DNA from: Oikopleura dioica
Taxonomy: Eukaryota > Animalia > Chordata
DNA length: 64,000 nucleotides
Direction of reading: 5' to 3'
Assembly (NCBI GenBank): GCA_907165135.1
Contig: OU015569.1
Location: 12,586,001 to 12,650,000, forward strand
Position 1 is the first letter of the stretch, and every line of letters starts with the position of its first letter. Both the position numbers and the translations under genes were made by a program. Below the pieces are notes generated by a model. It had not been told where the DNA came from, ran no database searches, and saw only the letters and a program-made list of their open reading frames with translations. Shown one piece after another: positions 55,400 through 64,000 of the stretch.

Positions 55400-55957
55400 A
55401 TGGAAAAGACGAAAATGGCCGAGCTCGGCTGGCTCAAGAGGAAAAAGGCGGCGAAGCCGAATCTGCAGATTTTGCTCTATCAGGAGCGCGATAGAGTAAG
55501 TCCTTAAGAAATTGGCTTCAGATAAACGTGACATTCAAAACGAGCACTTTTCTTATCGGAACTTGGTGTAACACCAATGGTGTTCAAAAAACAGGTGGCG
55601 TGAAATCCAAAATTGCTCCTACCAAAACTGACGATTTACGGATTCGCCAATTTATCAGAATTTTGCGAAAGGCCGAAAACTACCAATTTTACTTCCGAAA
55701 GATTGATTGGTTCACGATCTACTCTAGTAAGAGCTTAAAAAAAAGGTTGAAAAGGAAAAAGTCTAGTGCCGGAAATAACATCATTTTTTGGTGAAGTTAT
55801 TTCTTTTCTGCATTCTGAGCGCGACCAATTCAATCTTCCAAAATGCCAATTTCTGAGGCTTCTCAAGCTCAATCAAAAATTTCAGGAAATGCTCGAGCGA
55901 CGCAAGAACATGATCAAGCACCAGCAGCAGAGGAAGACAAAAGTGCAAGTCACCTAG
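55400..55957 (+). CDS. Basic orphan microprotein of about 55 aa, 2 exons
   Basis: MEKTKMAELGWLKRKKAAKPNLQILLYQERDR|GTAAGT...TTTCAG|EMLERRKNMIKHQQQRKTKVQVT*, a phase-0 join. Confidence 0.45.
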
Positions 55958-58900
55958 TTTTAGAAAATTGAATGATCCAACATTTGGGCTTGAAATTGAG
56001 CGGATTCAGTGGATTAATTGCAATCAATTAATTGTTTTCGGTACATTTGCCAAGTGCGTTTGTCATTATAAGCAATTAATATCTTGATAAAATTAATTGT
56101 TTACAATATGACTGAACTATGTTTGCCCCAAATTTTGCCACCCTAGATATAAAATAGAATAACAACTGCAGTAAAACCGGAAAATTAAAATTATTATCCA
56201 TCAATATTGATATTTTTCTCGTTGACTTTTAATGGTGAAACCCTTAATTTTTCGGCTCAAAATTTGTTTCAAGGCATTTAATTTTTTATTTTTTGTGGGT
56301 TGTGGTTAGGGTTAAGGGGGCCCCACACAATTTTTTCGAGATTTTGAAATTCCGATTCTCGCGAAGTCGTGAGGGACACCCTTAAGTTAAGGGTAAAGGA
56401 TCTTTACTAAAGGTAAGAGTAAGGGTTAGGGTTAGAAAATTTTGGTAGGAATTTTTGTGAAAATTTCTTCATTAGAAATAAAATAAGGGTGTCACTAAAT
56501 TAATTTTGGGAGAGAAACTCGATCGTCAATCATGATGTCGATTTTTCCTTGTGGCTTCTGTGGGACTGTCCCCAACAAAATAAGCTTTTGTCTGCTAGAA
56601 AGTCTTTATGTACCGCAACGTTGTTGAACAAAGAATTGTCGTTTGCAGAGAACTGTTTCTGCCCAGACACAATTTCTGCGGTACATACAGTCGACCGCGA
56701 CAATTATCAAAACTATTTTTTTCTGGAAGTCCTTCGGACTGCGGGCGTATTGACTGTAATCTAAAGTAGCCGCTTCTGGAATTATCAAAGCTCGCATCAC
56801 GAGTAGGGCTATTTGGTCATGACCACCAAACGTGTGGCGAAATTTGATAATGCATTTCCAGACAGAGCGATTTTTCGACTTAATTAGTGTCTATTTGAGT
56901 GGCTGTCGACTGGCAACCTTCAAAACGACAGCTAAATAAGTATTCTTCTTTCGACAGTTCTCAGATTTTTGATAAGAACGCCCAAACCGTATCTGACTTC
57001 TAACGACTTAGAAAGACAGGGACGATTGATTATACCAGCGTTATTCGTAATTGACAGTACTGAGTATGCTCCTTGCTTTAGCAGTACCTCCCTTTCAATT
57101 TTCTATGGAAATAGAAGCATCCACAACCTGTAGTTGTCACATAATTTCGACGCATAATTTTTAACCCTAACCCTAACCTCGACTCAATTTTTAGTCTACC
57201 GATGCCGATCGAAGAGCGGAAAAAATCCCTCCGTCAAGAAAAAGCTCTTGAAATTTGAAATTGAGAGACTCAATATTTCTTTATCTAATTATTTGAAGAG
57301 CTAGTGGATGAGTTTGCTGATGTGCCGTGAGTTAACAAATCGTTGGCAACGACCTGCGACGCCGCGAACGGGGTTTTGGATTAAGCACCTTCCCATTCTT
57401 GCTTCTCTCTCGTAATCATTAGAGTTTCCAGCTGCGGGCATCGCCGCGATAAACGTCGCTCGAGGAGTAATTTAAAACAAACTCGCCTTCTTCCGATAAA
57501 TCATCCAAAACCCTTTAAAAGCAGCCTCTAAGGATTCGCTTTCTTTTGACGCACTGCTTCTAACAACAGGCTGTTCTGAAAGCTGAGAAAAGGCGAGATG
57601 AAACTATTATCATTGCAAACAAAGTCAAGACAAATTTCACGTAAGAAAATATATTTTATAGGTTGACTTAAAAGAAGATCTAATTTAGATTAAGTACTAA
57701 TTTTAATAACTTTAGTTAGTAATAATTTTAATATACTTTAATAAAGTACTTTGGTTAGGGTTAGGGTTGAATCAACTGAATTATTTTCGCCAAAAAACCG
57801 CTAAGCTTAATTTAATTTCCACCTCAGCTCAACGTAGCCCATCCCAGCTTAGCCTAGCCCACTCTTCCCCAGCTTCACTTAGCTCAGCTTTGCTTAGCTT
57901 AGATGAAGGTCGTAAAAGCTCGGCTTGGCTGAGCTTAGCTTGGGCCTTAAAATTTTGATACAGCTTAGCTCAGCATTTAAAAGAAAATTAGCTAAAGATA
58001 AATTACTGTAATCTCAGAAACTGTCTATTTACCTCGATGACCTAAAAGCAAAACCTCAGAAAAATCCGCCTTCATCCCCCAAAATTGCCCAAATCACACC
58101 CCAAACACTAAATTTCGCATAAAAAAGCTTCTAAAAGTTAAATCGTCCCAAATCCGAGTCGATGACGCACAATCGAACTCGTAATTGCTGCCTTGCTTAT
58201 GCCAAAAATGCAGAGCATGAAGTCTTCTCTAATTTTCGCGCGAAAGAATCGACAATTTCAAAGCTTCAAACTTGCAAATTCGAATTTTTTATTGTTGTTT
58301 CTGCGACCGCATGAATTCGTATCGTTGGAGTTGGCGTTAATCTTCTGTTTAATTAATTAATATTTTCGAAATTGATAAAAACAGCCCTTTTTATCGAAAA
58401 TAAATAAGACCTCTGTTAGTCTGAAACGAGGACTACCAAAGGCACCAATGATCTTGAAAGACTTTTGTTGAAAAGTTTACTGACACCCTTAATCTTATTT
58501 TACCTTTATAAGTCTCGGGGAGTAGGCACGAATCAACAAAAAATGGGATAATTTTGACTAAATTTTGGTCAGATTTTACACCAATCAGAAACCCGCACTT
58601 GACTGTTGAGGCCAATCAGATAAAAAAGAAACAATTTGTCGCCAAAATTGTCTTATTACGCTAAATTCGCGAAAGTGTCTTCCCCACCAATTTGAATTTC
58701 CACAAAGGTCTTTATGTCATTTTTAGATGAGTGATGAGCCTTATTTTAAATGATCTCATTTCATTTCAGAAGTGAATTATTATCGAAAATATCGTCTGTA
58801 CTATTGGGTAAATATGACATCTCTGAGATACTGGTTCAACATTCTAAATCATCTTCGAGTTACGGTAAACACAACCAGATTAGCTGGGAGGTCAGTGCTA

Positions 58901-59687
58901 TCTCTATAAATAAATTTCTAAAGTCAAAAATTTTGACTCAAAATCATTAACATCAAATTGTCACAGAAAGGTTTACTGAGAAAGCTGCCTGAAACTCAAT
59001 TAACAGTCTTATTCTGGGGTGATGGCTGGAGTCGGCAAAAAATGCGAAAAATAATTTCAAGTTCACCACAATTTTTTCTGAAATCAGATTGGTCGGAAAT
59101 CTGATTGGTTTTGGTTAAACCATCGTTTTGGTCAAATTTGTCGCATTTTTATACCGATTCTTGCCTCTTCTGGCATATTCTTGAGGTTTTATAACAGTTT
59201 TTAACCCTAACCCGAACCCGTTTTTCTTAGAAATCTGTGATTTTAGAGCTCTTCCCGCCAAAGTTCATTGGTCTCCTTCGATCTCCAGCAACAGCAGCCC
59301 TCTGAAATATTCGACCAAGCGGCCAGGAAAGCGGTTTCATTGTCTTATTTTTCGCGAGTACGTAAAATACGTTTTCAAGGGATTCAAAAAGCTAAGCGCT
59401 TATTTTGGGAAGCAACTAAACGTGTTGGACTTTTCCCTTTTAGCAGCAGCTAAAAAATACAATGCGGAACTCGCTTCAAAGAACAGATTCTCATCTCACT
59501 GTAGAACTCACAGTTCATCCTTTCTATCAGCAATAAAGACGAAAATCTAGCAATCGAAGCTGCGGTTTTTAGCAGAACAGTTCAATCGAGGCACACTCTC
59601 TTTTTCCAGATCGAATTTCAGTTTCTTCAGAGAAGAGCACAAGTGCTTCTTGAGGGAAAATCGTGAACTTTTTCGAATCAAATAATC

Positions 59688-59877
59688 AGGGCCCGGCAAT
59701 CTGTGTAGGAAACCTGAGTCAGGGTCCGAAAGATCTTAAATGAAATCAAAAACTGATCGAGATGGTAATCTTGGGAAGCCGCTCCGCGGCTTCGTTATTT
59801 AAAAAGCCGCTTCGGGGTTTTCATTTAATATATTTCGGACCCTGAATCAGGTTTTCTACTCAGGTTGCCGAATCCAG
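59688..59877. mobile_element. Family-A MITE
   Basis: CAGGGCCCGGCAATCTGTG..CCTGAGTCAGGG / CCCTGAATCAGG..CAGGTTGCCG. Confidence 0.8.
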
Positions 59878-62800
59878 CAGAGAATGCTCAGTTAATGATT
59901 TTGGGCTGATTTTGTCCGGCAGACAAATTACTACTTTGCGCATTGATTATTAAATGAGCAGTTCCGTAATCGAGATCGTCATGCTTCCATCACTGTGCTT
60001 AGAAAAATTGGCATGCTACTTTCGGGAGTATCGAGAAACGGACGAAGTGGACGCCCTTGAGCGCAACACGGTCTCGGAGCTCAACGCAACGTTACAGATG
60101 ATTGCGCATTGACGCGTTGCTTCTTCCTCGAAGAATACGAGCAGACATGGCCGTTACGACTCTGCCCCCGCCGCAGAAGACCATCAAAGCTAATATCGCC
60201 CCGTGTTGCGCGTTCTTTCTTAATCTTCGCGGCAAGGCGACATTATTTGCTACTCACACTACCTTTAAAAAATGCAATGTTCTGCAATTTTCGGCGGACA
60301 ACGCGCTTCGAACTTCTTCTTCAACATTTCTTTTTCAGAGTTTAACATTCGGCAACCTGTGTAGAAAACCTGACTCTGGCTTTTTATTAAGGCCTTTTCG
60401 ACCATGAGTCAGGTTTTCTATACAGGCTGTTTAGCGCAGGGCCAGCGTTTTTATCATCAAATATGCAGCATCAATTAAAAGGAAAGGAGTGGCAGAAAGA
60501 CGCCAGTTCGTAAACTTTGACGACTGCGATTTCGTAAACATCTGCCATTTTCGATAATAACATGCACTCTTCTTACTGTAGATTCGTTTCTGTAAGCAAA
60601 GAGGTCGTCTTAGTCGTTTTTTAAAAACCTTTTTGCTTTGGCCTCCTAAAAGCGACCTTCTATGCAAATCAGGCATCTGAAAATAAATTTTTATTCAAGA
60701 AAGAAGACCTTGTTCAAGGAAAATTATGCAAAGGAATCCATCCAAAATGATGCCGTAATTATTCAATCAATTCCTTAGTCCGCCTCCACTACCATAATTA
60801 CTATTAACTCCTCTCACCGAAGCGGGCTCGAATTGGGCCTTTTTGGTTGGTCGATTTTCAATCAAGAATTCGAATTTGCAACTCATCAAAGACGATTAAT
60901 AATGTTCTTTTGGTTCTTGAGCAAGAATAGCTCATAGTGAATAAGGCAGATGTGTGCCACAGTAAGCCCGGGCGGAGACCTTCTACGGGATATAATCCCA
61001 AGCTCAAAATCACCACAGAAACTAGCCTTGCGGGATAACACACGAAACTCGCGAAAAAATTTTTTTTTGCTGATATCTAAAGAACATTTTTTCGCGGGCA
61101 GAAAACGGTCCAGACGTGAACAAAAACGTGGAAAGTACCTTCGAAAGTCGTTTCCGTGAACTTCGACGAATCCTTCTTCCTTGTACTTGTAAGCAGCCCA
61201 CTGTGATTCACTCTGTGGGTGCGAAATTACCACCGTGCCAATCGTGTTACTGTAGGCAACGTTTCGTAACACGAATTACAATACGGCTTATCTACGCGTA
61301 CTATCAGTATTTTTCGAAAAAGAATACGTTGACGCGAGCCAATTTTCAGCCCCGTTTTTTGACGATTTTGCATCATTTTTAGCACCAAGGCTAGGGTGGG
61401 TGGCGAGGAGTCCCTAAAGGGGGGTCTTTGCTCTCCTATGATTGGCTGACGGAGCCAATTCAAGTTTCTGATTGGCTGTGACGTTTCCTACCCCCTTATC
61501 TCTGTTTGAAAATTTCTTCACCCCTTAGTTCATCTCTTTTTCGCTTTCTATGGCAAAAAAATTGCATGCGACAGTGATTTCTAATTCGGAAATCTATTAT
61601 TGAGGCTTGAATAATTCTTGCGGATTACGAAACGTGGGGTGCGATAAGAGCCACTCTAATCTGCTGGATTGCGGCTGACTGGATTGCTTACCTGGCTGCT
61701 TCGCTGACGAAAAGCGTAAACAACCGATAAAGCAGCTAAGGATCATTATTAATGATTCATTAATTACCTTTGCTGAAATTTGCTAAAATCGTCTAAAAAT
61801 GAAAAATGAGGCTCATTTGGTAAGAAAGAACGAATTCTTCGGAGCAGCTGTCCTTCGCCGTTACTTTTTCTAAGACCAAAACAAAACCTTTCTAAGACCC
61901 TTGAAATGTGAGCTGTTAGAAGAAATTCGCATGTGCAGCTTTCAAGACTGGTAGACGGAATTTTAAGCGCATCTAGATGCTTCCTCTCACGTTTAGAGGC
62001 AGAAAGGGAATATTCAGTACACGCTACTGTCGAGAATATCGCAAAATTTGAACAAAAGAAAAGTTGCTTTTCGAAATTCCTTTTTTATCAAGAAATGTTT
62101 TCAGGGAAGGGAATTGTTTTTGGCAAATAGACGGGTGATTACAGTGGGTCACTTACTGGCTTTTCGTGATTTCATTCCTTGACGCTAGTTAGAGAGCACG
62201 TTAGTTATAATATCCAACCCTGCGATAAAACATTTTGGCTGGCAGGCTGGACCCTTTTGACTGTATTGGGTCAAGTTATCTCCGTTTGCCCCCAGTAGAT
62301 TGCGTGTAGAGGCGGTTACGTGCGCCGTAATCCATAGATAGCGAAAATTAAAAAAGCATTAAAGCATCCTGATCGCGCGTGGACGCCCTTAATTCTTCTG
62401 GTCACTTTTTATCACTCTGTCTCATCTTTTAAAATCATGCATATAAAGACTGAATATAGAAGACTTTTGAAATTCTACATTCGATGCCCCCGATAACGGA
62501 TGTTTTCCATCAAGCTACTGATTGGCTAAAATCAAAGCGTGTTTTTTCTCGAGAAAATCAAATCAGCAGAATTTCTTGTCTGGGAGTCTCTTGAACTGTC
62601 ACTTTCACCGTCAAAATCAAGCTCTAAAATCGACATTGTTGAACTACTGTCATTGTTAACTTGTTCAGTCTTGACAGAGAACAAAGAATCGTACTTACAT
62701 ATGATTTGAATTTTCGCGAAAAAGAAACTCACTCAAGCTTTTGTCGAAAAGAACTTTCTCAACTATCGACCCTCTTTGGTTCCTTTCATGAAGTTCGCAA

Positions 62801-62951
62801 CGAGTAATTTTAAAGCGATTTAGCTTGTCGAGCATTATCAGAAAGTATAATGCGTCAAACGTGTCCCAATTTTGCGATTTGAAAGAGAAATGACCAGAAG
62901 GCTAGAAGTTTCAAATTTTTAAGTCGCCAATTTTTGAAGGACGGATTTTTA

Positions 62952-63952
62952 GTGGGCCTTACAACCTGTGTAGAAAACCTGAGTCAGGTTCTGGAAGAGC
63001 TTGAATGAAAAGCCTAACCCTTCAAGCTCTTTTAAAACCTGACTCAGGTTTTCCACACAGGTTGTCGAGTTTCCAAAAAGCTCATTTTAGAATTAAACAT
63101 CTCCTCTTTTCATGTTGTTTTTGCTCAATTCGGAGAAGCAAGTCCAAAATTGGAGGTTCAAGTGAATCGTTTTTTGAATTGCTCGGATCGAAGATTTGAT
63201 GGCTGCTTCCAAGGGCAAGCATTTTCGGATGATGTCTCGGGAAATTATTACTGCCTCTCGGAATTTTTAGGCTGATGCCTTCTTTCGATTTATTTGAAGA
63301 AAAATGATTCAGCTTTATTCGAGAAAGAAAAATAGTGGAGGCAGCAAAATCTAGGTTCCGCGATCTGTGTACAAAAACCTGAGTCAGGCTTTGTGAGAGC
63401 ATAAACGGAAACGATAGTTTTTTTATTATTTTCGGAGCCTGACTCAGGTTTTTCGTTTGCCGAGTCCAGCTTAAAATAAAAGAAGAACTATCATTCTTCT
63501 TTTCAAACTTTGCGGTTAAAACTTAGTTTAAGACGTCTTTTACCTTCAAGAAAAAAGGTTAAGGCAGTAATCTTGCTCCCTAACTTGGACAACTTATCGC
63601 AGATAACACATAGTTTGCGCGCAAGATTTTGCGGATTTGGCCGGTCAAAATAATGCCAAGATCTTGCCTTTCCAGACTTTCAAATTGCAAAAACTACTCT
63701 TTTTTCTGAAATGACGGCTAGACTCGTGGGGAGATCACGATTACCAAACTTGACTACGACCCAAACGACCTTATTAATTTTTGGCTGTCATTACTGCTTG
63801 TAAAAACGTGTTGATTTTTTAAAGACTGTAATTGCTAGTGGCTACGCCCGGCAACCTGAGAAAAACCTGAGTAAGGGTCCGAAAAAGCCTTAAAAATCCG
63901 GGTGTCTTTTTCGGGCCCTGACTCAGGTTTTTTCCCAAGTTGTCGAGCTCAG
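62952..63952. mobile_element. Three family-A MITEs (about 62952-63070, 63345-63470, 63842-63952)
   Basis: Each has the AAACCTGAGT(C/A)AGG / CCTGACTCAGGTTT pair. The last is flanked by GCTAGTGG / GCTTGAGG. Confidence 0.8.
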
Positions 63953-64000
63953 GCTTGAGGATTCAAGTCTTCAAATAGCTGATTGCTCTTAATATCCGAA

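Overview
This window is eukaryotic DNA from a compact, gene-dense genome. Several features point (by inference) to an appendicularian tunicate of the Oikopleura type: introns of about 40 nt, GA-AG/GG-AG/GC-AG introns whose upstream exon ends in AG, co-oriented genes only ~130-310 nt apart with an AG just before the ATG, and an intron-containing H3.3. Genes assembled by hand from exons, left to right: divergent SUV39H-like chromo/pre-SET/SET methyltransferase (runs off the left edge), histone H3.3, an operon-like METTL18 > DHFR > RSK triplet, NIPA2-like Mg transporter, CUB-like/mucin and coiled-coil exons, MsrA, FAM192A/PSME3IP1, TLCD4-like, MFF, TANC (NTPase-ANK-TPR), a FAXDC2-like sterol desaturase/hydroxylase whose last exon is duplicated, and three small orphan genes. 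Non-coding space is full of non-autonomous DNA transposons. The main one is an 8-bp-TSD hAT-type MITE (roughly 25-28 copies or fragments) with TGAGTCA in each TIR. There are also TTAA-, TA- and other 8-bp-TSD elements, often nested at the centre of each other. No transposase, rRNA, tRNA or CRISPR array was found. Region 53-64 kb holds only exon-like fragments that I could not assemble. Exon boundaries were read by eye and may be off by a few bases.
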